From positions 37,388,001-37,452,000 of the forward strand of contig OZ076409.1 of NCBI GenBank assembly GCA_964187785.1: DNA of 64,000 bases, in the 5' to 3' direction. Numbering within the stretch: position 1 is the stretch's first letter; each line of letters starts with the position of its first letter. The notes below the pieces were generated by a model that was not told where the DNA came from, searched no databases, and saw only the letters and a program-made list of their open reading frames with translations. Origin of the DNA: Amphiscolops sp. MND2022 (lineage: Eukaryota). This document shows positions 12,101 to 21,700 of the stretch, in pieces. The position numbers and the translations under genes were made by a program.

Positions 12101-15100
12101 TTGAGCCTCCTACCATATGACATCCAACTGTATGCCGCCAATGGTAAAACCATCAACACCATCGGAATTGCCGAAAATGTTAGCTTCCAGTTGGGCGGAC
12201 ATACCCTTAGAACCAATTTCATAGTCATTGCCGATCACCTAGGTGCCGAGGACTTCTTACTTGGCAGGAACTTCTTGCGCACTTACAACGTTCTCGTGGA
12301 CCTGACGGCCATGAGGGTCACCATACGAGACCCCAAAGCGCCACGCCACTTCAAACCCGTCCATGAGGTAAGTGACCATGAGCCATCCCTAGTGATATCC
12401 ACCGAAAGAGTAGTCCTAGGCCCTTATGAGCGCAAACTGGTGCGAGCCCAAGTTATTTCTCAAAAGCACAACGAATACCTTTTCCGAAACGTAATGATTC
12501 GCCCCCAGGGGGTATATAAACGATCCCCCTTTGTCTCAGAAGATACATTGACGTCTGTTGGAGATGAAGGCATTGTCTTCATAGCCGTACGAAACACTAC
12601 CCCCTCTGAAAACGTAACCATTCAAACCAAAACTGTCCTCGGTAAGGCAGAAACTACAAACTTTGTGTTGCAACCTGTGGCTGCCGATACGGCAACCGAA
12701 ATTGATAAACCTTTGTTTGAACAAGTTAATAGAGTTTATACCGATGAGTGGTTAAACGAAACGAGTTCCGAATATAGTTCCTTTGCTCAAAATTTTTTGT
12801 CCTCTACTGAGATATCTGAAGAAGGATTGTCGGAAAGCGAGAGGCGTGCTCAGACTGACCCACAGTTACTGAAACCTATACCAGGTCCAGACCTCTCTTC
12901 TGTCCTTTCTTCATGGGGGGAGGGAGCGAGAGATCAACTAGCAAGCGTCCTGAGCGAGTACGATGATCTTTTTATGAAACATAAAGCTGACATAGGGAGA
13001 TGCAAAATAGCCAAACATCGTATAGAACTAGAGCCGGAAGCTATCCCGCATAGAGAAGGCGCTCGGCGCATGTCCCCAGATAAGGCAGCAAAGGCTAATC
13101 AAGAGGTGCGGAATTTGCTGGCCCTTGGCCTAATTCAACCCTCCTATTCACCGTGGGCAAGCGGAATAGTCATGGTCAAAAAGAAAACAGGCGAACTTCG
13201 CTTCTGCTGTGACTTCCGACCGCTCAACGACGTAACGGTCAAGGACGCGTTCCCATTGCCCAGGATTGATGAAAGTCTATCCCGGATAGGCAATGCGAAA
13301 ATTTTCACAAGTATTGACCTAGCGTGGGCCTTCTGGCAGATACCGCTAAAGAAGCGCGATAGAAGGAAAACAGCATTTGCCTGCGAACTGGGCTTGTTCG
13401 AATGGCGGCGCATGCCCTTTGGGCTATGCAATGCATCCGCCACATTTCAGCGCTCCATTACACGAGCCCTGCAACGGATCCATCAACGACACGGGAGTGT
13501 CGTCATGGCTTACATTGACGACATAGTCATCGCCACGGAAACCATAGAAGACCACATCGTACGAATCAAGGAAGTATTCGAGTGTCTCCGAGAGGCTGGA
13601 TTCAAAATGCGTGCCGAGAAATGTGATTTCATGCGCACGGAGACAAAGTACCTGGGGCGAGTGGTGTCCTCGGAAGGCATCAGACCAGACCCCGAAGCAA
13701 TAGTCAAAATCCAAGAATGGATGCCCCCGAGAAACAGAGAGGAGCTTCAGAGCTTCCTAGGGTTCGCAAACTATTACCGGGACTTTGTACCGTTTCATGC
13801 AGCCAAGGTGCAACCCCTGCAGGAGTTACTCAAGAAGAGTCAGCATTTCCACTGGGAAATAAAACACCAAGAGGCCTTCGATGCAGTAAAGGAGGCACTA
13901 GCGAATGCGACCGCCTTGGCAGCCCCAAATGAAGACGGACGGTTCGTGCTCGATACCGATGCTAGTGCGGTAGCGATAGCTGGAATCCTGCACCAGGAAC
14001 AAGAACACAATGGGAAAACTATTTTACGGCCAATAGTCTTCGGGAGCAAGTCCCTGACAAAAACGCAACTGAACTATGGAGCACCCAAGTTGGAAATGTA
14101 CGCAGTATTTTACTTCATAGAGAAATTCCATTCGTATCTCGCAGGCCGAGAGTTCACGCTCCGCGTGGACAACCAGGCCCTGTCGTGGCTCAAAACGTAC
14201 TCCATGGACCAAGCCATGATAGGTCGCTGGATAGCCCGTCTGGATCAATATAACTTCAAAACGATCCACCGACCTCGCACACAGCATCGAAACGTGGACG
14301 GCCTCAGCAAACGGACCAACGACTATGTGCACCGAGAGAAAATCCTTGAGAAGTTACCGGAAGTGAGTGAAGGATTCAACTTCATGACCAAAGAAGACTA
14401 TGAAGCACTTCCCACCGTGCCATACTTTGACAAACACGGACGCCCAATACCAAACCATCCAGAGCTCCCGCCGGAAGCTCGAGCCCAACTCCCACTGCTG
14501 TATATCTTGGGAAAAAGGCCCAAAACGAGCTTGCAAGAAACCCCAGTGAATGATGCCCCGTGGTACCCCCAAATACAGTGGGAAGCGACACCCACCACAG
14601 ATGAGGATCACCGACCGAGTCACATCCTCAGCATCACGACCGAAGTGCCACCTGCACGCCTAGACACTGGAGAACCTGATCCTGTGCTTGAAGGGATGCC
14701 ACCCGAATGCCGAAGGCAAGCCCACGCCCTTAGAACAGTCGGAACGGAGCTGCACGAACACTTTCTGACTAGACGTGGCCTCAAGGACCTGCACCTAGCA
14801 CAAAATAGGGACGTGCACCTCCTAGCGCTTAGGAAACTCATGAACGGCGAACCACTAGAAGACACAATGTTCCCCGAAGACGTGCAGGACTTCGCGCGAC
14901 GCTACTTCCATCAAAAGAAAGACCTGCTCTTCCTGAACCCAGACGACATCCTCTGCGTCAACTACGTTCCGCAACAACGTGCGCTGCACGTGCGACCGTG
15001 CATGATAGTCATGCCACAACTATACCAACACGAGATTCTGTATAGGGCACACGACGAATCGGGACATCAGGGCGTAGGGAAGGTGCTAGCAAGAGTACAA

Positions 15101-18100
15101 GAGCGACACACCTGGCCGGGCATCAAGCGTGACATAGTCAATCACATCAAGCACTGCTTAACCTGCCAGCAGACTAAACACCCCGCCGGGAACCCCTGCT
15201 ACCCCTTGCAGAACATTAACAGCAGCAATTTCAATGACCTAGTACAATTCGACCACCTCAAACTATGCAAGACCGAATCGGGAAACACCGGTCTCTTGGT
15301 AATGATAGACCACTTCACGAAATTCGCCGAAGCTGTCCCGTGTGCCCACGACGAATATGATGCTCAAACCACAGCAAAGATCATCCTTAATAAATGGTTC
15401 GCCAGGCACGGCACTCCAGCACGCATGCAGTCCGACAATGCCACGAATTTCACAGCTGAAATCGCACAAGAGCTAATGAAGGCTTCGCAAGTCACTAAAG
15501 TGACATCCACACCAGCGCATCCCCGAGGAAATGGACTCGTGGAAAGGCAGAACCGAACGTTACTCACACTGCTCAGAGTCTACACTTCGCGACGAATGCA
15601 GGATTGGGATGAGCACGTTGATGGAATCCTCGGTGCGTACAATTCAACTAGACACGCAACCACGGGATTCTCTCCCTATATGCTCCAACATGGAGCCGAA
15701 AAATCCATTCCCTTGTCGTTCATCTACCCAGAATTTGCTGCGCGAGGATTCGACTCCAAAGAGGAATTCGTAGAGCACCTTCTAGCCAGACAACAGGAAA
15801 TCCATGAACTCGTCAGAAGAAATACACACCAAGCACAGCTACGGCAAAAGCTGAAGTTTGACCGCCACCTGAAGGCCAAAGCGCACGCCGTAGGCGATGC
15901 GGTGTGGGTATTCTGCCATATCATACCCAAGGGTGGCACCCGCAAGCTGATTCGCGCATGGCGTGGACCCCACAAGGTGACTGACGTGTTGCAGGACGGA
16001 CGATTATATGTGCTAGACACTGGCCAAAAGGTCCATTACGAAAGATTAAAAAAGCACGTGCCTGCCCCTTGGGACTGGGCCGCACACCAGCCCTTTGGGC
16101 CGGATCAAAACGTAGCCATCATTGCCGATCCGTACGTAGAAGAAAGCAATGAGGAGATAGCGTCCGACATCTCTCAAGACTCTTTTCTACCGGAACAACT
16201 TCCGGAAGCATCGTTCGAAATGGAACCAACAGGATCGATTCCACCTCGTACCATTCAGACTCGTACCCAAACGGCACTCGAGCAAGGAATACCCCGAAGA
16301 AGATTCAGTCACTTCGGATACCCCTCTGACTCAGATTCCGAAAGAGAAGAAAATGAGCCGCCGATCCAGAGCCCACCACCGCCAGTAGTGTTCCCCGACT
16401 TGGACGACCTAGAACCACTGTACTCCGACCAGGAGGAAATTCAGCCAGCCGTACCTACAAGTCTGATACCATCACCCTCAGGGACCTCGGCCCCACTACT
16501 ATCCAATCCGTCCCTGACGGATACCCTGAGTAACTTTCCCTTGTTTGGCCCCCAATTGGAGGACCCAATCGACCCGATAGAAATTAAACCAAAGTCAGGA
16601 ACTGAAGACGAAGAAGAGATAACCTATCACAGTCCAAGCCATTGCTCAACACAACCCGATACCACGAATCGCAGAGGACGGCCTCGAGGCCGACCACCAG
16701 GTCGAGGACGACCCCGCGCCATACCATCCAGTAGAACCACGACATCGTCGCGAACCCAAACCGCACGATCCAGAAGAGGCCCTAGGACAAGAATGAGCAC
16801 TCGTGCACCCCCTCGAAGGCTAGACCAAGCAATGACTCTGCCAGAAATACCCGAAAGCCAACAACCACCGGAGGTCCAGAATTCAGAACCGAGACCATCA
16901 TCGCAAACATCACGATATCAACTGCGAGCTAATAGAGCACCACGATACAAGTGTGGAACCTGTGGTTCCCGCAACTGTAGTTGCGTCAAGCATCTGACTC
17001 GCGATTCACCGGACAACCGATTGGCCCGGGGAGCGGTAGTCCCTGCCAGGGATCTCCTGATAGCCAGGACACATTGTCACCCACAACATGAGATCTTAAC
17101 CGTACAAGCCCAGCGAGAAAAAGTGGAGACACCCCCGCTAGTACACCATTTGATCATCACGGTAGAAAAAACTTTCACTAGTGTGGAACGGGAAGTGATA
17201 CCACCGCTCGAAGAAACACAAATAGCAATGCACGCGACATCTCCCTCCGACTGCCCAACTTACCGATTCAAGGAATGGACACCACCCCATCGAGGCGGTC
17301 TAGAATTCACCCTACATGCCATCATACCGCCCTTGCCACCCTCGATGACGTTCGGCGAGCTAGCGAAAGAGGATAGTAGCACGGAGATGATTCGCTGTAT
17401 CACTGCACACCAACTGTGGGAGAAATATCGCATTGCCTCCCCGCCGGGAGACATATACCAGCCCACCAATGGATGGTGGCTACTCGTCACCTCTCTAGAC
17501 GCAACGACATTGGTATCCCCCACAACTCTATTAATGTGCTTAGAAAGCTTGCGTACTGTAACAGAACCCGAGAACACGCTCTGTTTCCACATGGCCGACA
17601 TTTATCGTGGCAAGTTCCTAAGCCAACATTGGCTACAATTAATAGCGGTCATCTTCTGCCGACAGGCGAAGATACACTTCTTGGATCGACAATCTTATAC
17701 ACCGGAAAAACCCGTCACAGTTAGCGAAGCACTCTCGATAGTACACGATTGGTCATCTACCAACATGGGAGATAGACCGCTACGCCGAACCGTCTGGGAA
17801 GACCGAAAAGCAATCTTGCAGCATTTAGCACCCCAACCCACTGATGATCAGAGCAATACCACCGGCAAATGGCTCATAACCCAGCCCAAAACCAGACCGA
17901 ATTACCTACCTTGGATAACTTATGACAATACAGATATCCTGCAGGCACCTGGCACTCTGATACTATGCTGCCCTGCGGATTTGCTCTCTTACTCTGCCAC
18001 GATCCGTTACGTTATTCGCGAATACGGTCAAGAAAACATATTTCGCCTAAGACCGTCAGTTGGCACCGCAATTCGCTTAGTCCGCTCGCCAACTGCACCC

Positions 18101-18388
18101 TGGAATAACGAAATCTTCCTTCTATGTACCAGAGCATCGAACAAGCATCCACTCTTACATGAAGTACTCCATGCGTGTCTGACAAATTTGATAACCCAGC
18201 TCCATCGAAACCACATTACCAGAATCCACTTGCCCATCTATGATCCCGAGCGATCGATGAACCTCCTACCAGCCTGGTACGCCACGCTACGCGACCACTT
18301 TGCAGACCACAATATTGCAATAATTTTGCACGATCGCGTCTATGTCACGATAGCATCGGTTACCTCAGCCAATTTTGGCGGTAGTTAA
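9167..18388 (+). CDS. gag-pol: E1 Gag-Pol polyprotein (3073 aa): capsid, 2x CCHC, pseudo-protease + protease, RT, RNase H, integrase, long C-terminal tail
   Basis: CFNCGDPSHFVVDC and CINCGRTEHSASEC knuckles; MIDTGSG and LLGRNFL protease motifs; MPFGL and YIDD RT motifs; DTDAS/KLEMYA/RVDNQAL RNase H; HHCC, D..D(35)E and WRGPH integrase motifs. Confidence 0.96.
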   Translation: MINSVGGNPFRSGYALPEAPAKTSNGPVENSKTNITENPLRYVFRTPPSVRPKINYANASRTSHTPDSQASADTNLDSTITKARKEMQTVREDFQSSLAQLAQVQTRLARENNEHEMRADMIMRDMDELRKGLLEMQAEGRQNQGRLEASMASLNDLIKQRGTTADARMAEMSAIMRERDRQADERMKAMTNTMQRRDIDSNIRMADLMMAMQDLTLGVKAIVSQTPAQQAQTAPRIPQKYQQTEMPSTSEAPQPHYRTVAQHTVEPPRPPKLVPPATYRRDLSKASKMAKVTHTESRDAGTDPMTDPPSFDQYARGTSTSGDFHTAADETNIRRTSYYTADSSAAFRPPARTHTFRDFVPRPVATSTQRKVTNKRNLEQGKGEHSDIEEMPSMAEETPDTPRTTQRQALAEAISTAMSKGLEPLLAAKESKNKPTKYRGTRDGNADGWMMLMKRHLEKAHPKATPLDKAWTIIEYLEHEARDYITNKSEAERDTDEKVFALLARRFGTGSSKIHIQQQFRTRNQNSEEDYMQYLDALEGLRSQGYPNEEVTVRRYEIMQRFIEGVRNFELKRNLALMYAPEQYVETPPTVEALRFTVQQYLRMRGSTRSDNYPMMPPPQQQANIQQPNQSPVAPAPAQKMQQQQPPQPAAYQQQPMPPAAYRQQPQRACFNCGDPSHFVVDCPLKDRARKPVQQQVNSCHTNPTGSWVCPSQPHGLNYDVFPASLPTQGTVPFCINCGRTEHSASECMASEQMSHEEQIRAAWYAPAPSQFDGQSQDDQVRVISIAEDGGPSRPVVVTCGEKQVLTTLEAPAPDCTETLISIHLLLSAEQKTRPTLTLSQLKEELCRNVKYTIAARPLPHFTREDETKLAPIQKVKTVSPVPVAINVDGVDMKFDAIVVLEGHFPQGLYLGRQELRCYNIGVQDAQGEARIDERASLVVAFGNTIQEPIPLYGMIDTGSGVSILSLKAYQKIASPHALSLLPYDIQLYAANGKTINTIGIAENVSFQLGGHTLRTNFIVIADHLGAEDFLLGRNFLRTYNVLVDLTAMRVTIRDPKAPRHFKPVHEVSDHEPSLVISTERVVLGPYERKLVRAQVISQKHNEYLFRNVMIRPQGVYKRSPFVSEDTLTSVGDEGIVFIAVRNTTPSENVTIQTKTVLGKAETTNFVLQPVAADTATEIDKPLFEQVNRVYTDEWLNETSSEYSSFAQNFLSSTEISEEGLSESERRAQTDPQLLKPIPGPDLSSVLSSWGEGARDQLASVLSEYDDLFMKHKADIGRCKIAKHRIELEPEAIPHREGARRMSPDKAAKANQEVRNLLALGLIQPSYSPWASGIVMVKKKTGELRFCCDFRPLNDVTVKDAFPLPRIDESLSRIGNAKIFTSIDLAWAFWQIPLKKRDRRKTAFACELGLFEWRRMPFGLCNASATFQRSITRALQRIHQRHGSVVMAYIDDIVIATETIEDHIVRIKEVFECLREAGFKMRAEKCDFMRTETKYLGRVVSSEGIRPDPEAIVKIQEWMPPRNREELQSFLGFANYYRDFVPFHAAKVQPLQELLKKSQHFHWEIKHQEAFDAVKEALANATALAAPNEDGRFVLDTDASAVAIAGILHQEQEHNGKTILRPIVFGSKSLTKTQLNYGAPKLEMYAVFYFIEKFHSYLAGREFTLRVDNQALSWLKTYSMDQAMIGRWIARLDQYNFKTIHRPRTQHRNVDGLSKRTNDYVHREKILEKLPEVSEGFNFMTKEDYEALPTVPYFDKHGRPIPNHPELPPEARAQLPLLYILGKRPKTSLQETPVNDAPWYPQIQWEATPTTDEDHRPSHILSITTEVPPARLDTGEPDPVLEGMPPECRRQAHALRTVGTELHEHFLTRRGLKDLHLAQNRDVHLLALRKLMNGEPLEDTMFPEDVQDFARRYFHQKKDLLFLNPDDILCVNYVPQQRALHVRPCMIVMPQLYQHEILYRAHDESGHQGVGKVLARVQERHTWPGIKRDIVNHIKHCLTCQQTKHPAGNPCYPLQNINSSNFNDLVQFDHLKLCKTESGNTGLLVMIDHFTKFAEAVPCAHDEYDAQTTAKIILNKWFARHGTPARMQSDNATNFTAEIAQELMKASQVTKVTSTPAHPRGNGLVERQNRTLLTLLRVYTSRRMQDWDEHVDGILGAYNSTRHATTGFSPYMLQHGAEKSIPLSFIYPEFAARGFDSKEEFVEHLLARQQEIHELVRRNTHQAQLRQKLKFDRHLKAKAHAVGDAVWVFCHIIPKGGTRKLIRAWRGPHKVTDVLQDGRLYVLDTGQKVHYERLKKHVPAPWDWAAHQPFGPDQNVAIIADPYVEESNEEIASDISQDSFLPEQLPEASFEMEPTGSIPPRTIQTRTQTALEQGIPRRRFSHFGYPSDSDSEREENEPPIQSPPPPVVFPDLDDLEPLYSDQEEIQPAVPTSLIPSPSGTSAPLLSNPSLTDTLSNFPLFGPQLEDPIDPIEIKPKSGTEDEEEITYHSPSHCSTQPDTTNRRGRPRGRPPGRGRPRAIPSSRTTTSSRTQTARSRRGPRTRMSTRAPPRRLDQAMTLPEIPESQQPPEVQNSEPRPSSQTSRYQLRANRAPRYKCGTCGSRNCSCVKHLTRDSPDNRLARGAVVPARDLLIARTHCHPQHEILTVQAQREKVETPPLVHHLIITVEKTFTSVEREVIPPLEETQIAMHATSPSDCPTYRFKEWTPPHRGGLEFTLHAIIPPLPPSMTFGELAKEDSSTEMIRCITAHQLWEKYRIASPPGDIYQPTNGWWLLVTSLDATTLVSPTTLLMCLESLRTVTEPENTLCFHMADIYRGKFLSQHWLQLIAVIFCRQAKIHFLDRQSYTPEKPVTVSEALSIVHDWSSTNMGDRPLRRTVWEDRKAILQHLAPQPTDDQSNTTGKWLITQPKTRPNYLPWITYDNTDILQAPGTLILCCPADLLSYSATIRYVIREYGQENIFRLRPSVGTAIRLVRSPTAPWNNEIFLLCTRASNKHPLLHEVLHACLTNLITQLHRNHITRIHLPIYDPERSMNLLPAWYATLRDHFADHNIAIILHDRVYVTIASVTSANFGGS

Positions 18389-18719
18389 GAACACGTCTCG
18401 CTCTCTTCTTGGCAGATCAGGCCACTGGCCTTTTGCATTGCCTTTCGTAATTTTGAAGCGCCTTAAAATTTTAACAAAGCCGCGCCGATAAGCGCAAATT
18501 TTAGTAATAATCACTAGAAACTTTTTAACCTCGTATTTGTGTGTTCGTCCTAAAAAGTTTGACTGCCCACCCGTTTATGTAATGTTTTATCTCCAACTGT
18601 GACTTGTTTTTCAGTTTTGTCCTGTTGCCTCGCCTCTGCGCGGCCCCCCTACTTATCACGCCAAATCAGTCTTGCCATCACAATCTTCGGTGCTAAATAT
18701 TCCTTTATCATCGTTTCCA

Positions 18720-21700
18720 ATGGACCCATCTGCGCGACACCGCCTGCCTACACCCCAGAACGCTGCGCGTGCCCAACCATCCATAAGGAACGATCCACCT
18801 CCAATGATGAGCGAAATAGATGGTCGAGTCGACCAACTAGCTCTTGTCCAAGACACTCTACTAAACGGAGTGACACCCACAATGATCGCTGGCTTTGCCA
18901 TGATCATCGCCCAAACCCAAGCCCAGGCAGAGTACCCTGATGTTAGCTTCACCATCACCAGCCGAGTCGGCCCGATAGAACGCTCTGCCACTTTTCGCGA
19001 CGGTACCTGGCAAGGGTATGACTTGACCCACAGCCTCATAGATCCTCGCTCCCACTTAGTCTATGGAGAGCCTACTAGGCCTCCCATGGACCAAGAACGA
19101 TCACTCCGCATTTCACAATCAGCACTACAGACGCAAACTACGACCCCGTTGCCCTCACCGCACCCGGTGCAATTCAGCTGCACACTGCCAATCATGCCAC
19201 CCCCAGTGCTAACACCGCCCATGCCCCTGGCTTCGGAAGGCATTCGATTACTCACCACCCCATCTTCTACCTTCATGCCTCCATCTACCTTTCAGGGGGG
19301 AGGGGTGCAAGTAGACAATACAACAAGTGCTGCCCTGAGCGAAGAACAGCCCAGGAGAACGGTGACGTTCAAGGACTCATATGAAGAATTAACTCAAACG
19401 TCCTCCAGAACCGAATCACAAGTCTCGGAACCTCTACAAGTCTCAGAACCGGCCAGTCTAGTAGGCTTCCAAATGGACCCACAATTCCGAGAACGTCAGC
19501 GAGAACAACAAAAGGCTGAAAGTAAGGCGGCCAACACTGTGGTAGACCTCCGGGAGAAAATTAAAGCTGGAAAGCGAGCCAGAGAGGCAACCACGCAAAG
19601 TAGACAATCGAGCTCGACCAGTATCTCGCAACCCACGTCTACCTCACCCACACAACCAGAAATAAGGAGACCTAGAATAACGCACGAACTCCTAACACAT
19701 ACAGAAAAACGGCAGCTGGATATCACTGCACGCGACGCACTGCGTCTCCAGCGGGAAATACCAACCACAACGTCACCAGAAGACCCTCTACGACAGAAAT
19801 TCGAGATCGCTACGGGAACTGGGGACCTCGCCACAAGGCAGAAAATAGAGAAAGCCACAGTGGGAGTACTCTACAATCGCCCCGTCAAGAAACCCGTGTT
19901 TACTCGAGACGGATGCCCCCCATGGTTTAACCGCATGCGAGCAGAACTGGAGAGAGTAAACTCATCATACATGCGTGTTCCTGACAACTTCCTCCGACAG
20001 CGCCCTGGCCGCTTCGACGAAGACCGCTTGCGAACTAAAAACTATGCGAGGGACCCCATTACAATCCTGCCCATGGGAAAGGACCTTTTACAGAAAACCA
20101 GAATAGCCTTCTTCGTCGACTCGACGATGAAGTCTTCATTCAACTCCCACAATACCCTCATGGACGTCAGAATACTGAATATGCCCTGTACAACACTGAA
20201 CGAAATGGCAGAGGTGACCGATAAAATATTCACCCAAGCGGGAACAGAGACTATCCCACTACCTCCGTTGTTAGTATATTCGAATGTGATAGACCACCTC
20301 GCTCTGCGAGGGACCCTGGAATTCTTCCGGCCAGACCATGAAAGGTTTACCGAGGGGTTCATCACCGACGAAGTTACCAACTACGTGGAGACGATGGCGA
20401 ATATTGCCCAAGCTATGCGCAGAAGGAAAGCTACCACTGGAACGGTATTTATGTCACCTCCAGGCTACGTGCACCTTCCCCGGACCCTTCAGCAATTCTT
20501 GTACCTAATAATGGAGGCAGCGTACGCAAGGGATCTGGCTTTCTACATTGTGGCCCCTAATTTACGCATCAGCAATAATAGCTGGCGCCCCTGTGAAGCC
20601 TCATACCCAGCCTTCATTGCTGAAGTCTCAAAGGCCCTTCAATCATACGTCGGTTACCGCGGCAATTCCCAAATGGTGGCAGATGAAGCAACAGCATTCG
20701 ATTATGGGATGGAAATGGCTCGTCGATCATTGAACGAGCGTGGAGACCGAATCGTGAATGATCCAAATGAAAGTGAACGCAATAACCTGGTGGATAACCT
20801 CTGGTTTGAACGCCGGGACGAATCGACTATAGACGAGAAAACGCATGAGCCCAAGTTCCACAAGGAACTCACGAGTCTGATGAAGGAAACCGAAACGATT
20901 CAAAGTGATAGAAAAAATTCCTCTATCTTCCCTATAGCACAAATATCATTGGACGCGGAACCTGGGCAAAGATCACCCACATTAGCCATGTTGTTGATAC
21001 TAGCTCAAGATATTGTACGAAGAAATATTCAAGAGCCGACACACACGTACCAAACATGGCACGATCAACTACGAGAACCTCTGGGCCAAGTCGCGGATCG
21101 ACTAGGCATAACATTTCCCGTATTTCTCCACAATATCTCTCCCTTCTGGCTTCCTTCCCTGGTACAGGCCGAGTACGGCCTGGATGAGCAGCGAATGCGA
21201 CTATACATGGAGGCCATGGAAAGAGCGACCGTTAGTGAAGTGCTAGCGTATCTGATGGCCGTGGGGTTGACCATGATGTACCGAGGACCGTCAGCCCTCA
21301 TACAAAAGTTCGTGCTCAACAAGGGAGGCTCAGCCCTGTTCAGCTTCCTAGTCTTTTCGCAGAATCAAAGAAGTTGGATATCTGCGCTCATTGAAACTCT
21401 GGACCCAGCGGGTTCCTTAAAGTTAAAAGCGCAACTAAACTTAAACATTCAAGCACTTCTAGTGTGGATTTACTCCACCTGGGTCAATGTCTCTGGCATT
21501 ATGCATCCTCTGGATGAGTGCCCAGCTATTAACCGAGACCCCAATCAGCTTCCAGGGTTCCTGTTCCCTGCACAAATTGCAACGTTGATGCTCGTGGAGA
21601 CAGAGGACCTGATACCCCTCATTGCTCCTGTGATCTGGCCTATCTTCGGCGCAGTTATGGCCCTGCGCTATCCAACGCAGGCCCTGCGAGTGGCAGCGGT

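Noticed and set aside
16070..18388. Chromodomain after integrase
   Set aside because: No aromatic-cage chromodomain pattern recognisable after the GPY/F motif.
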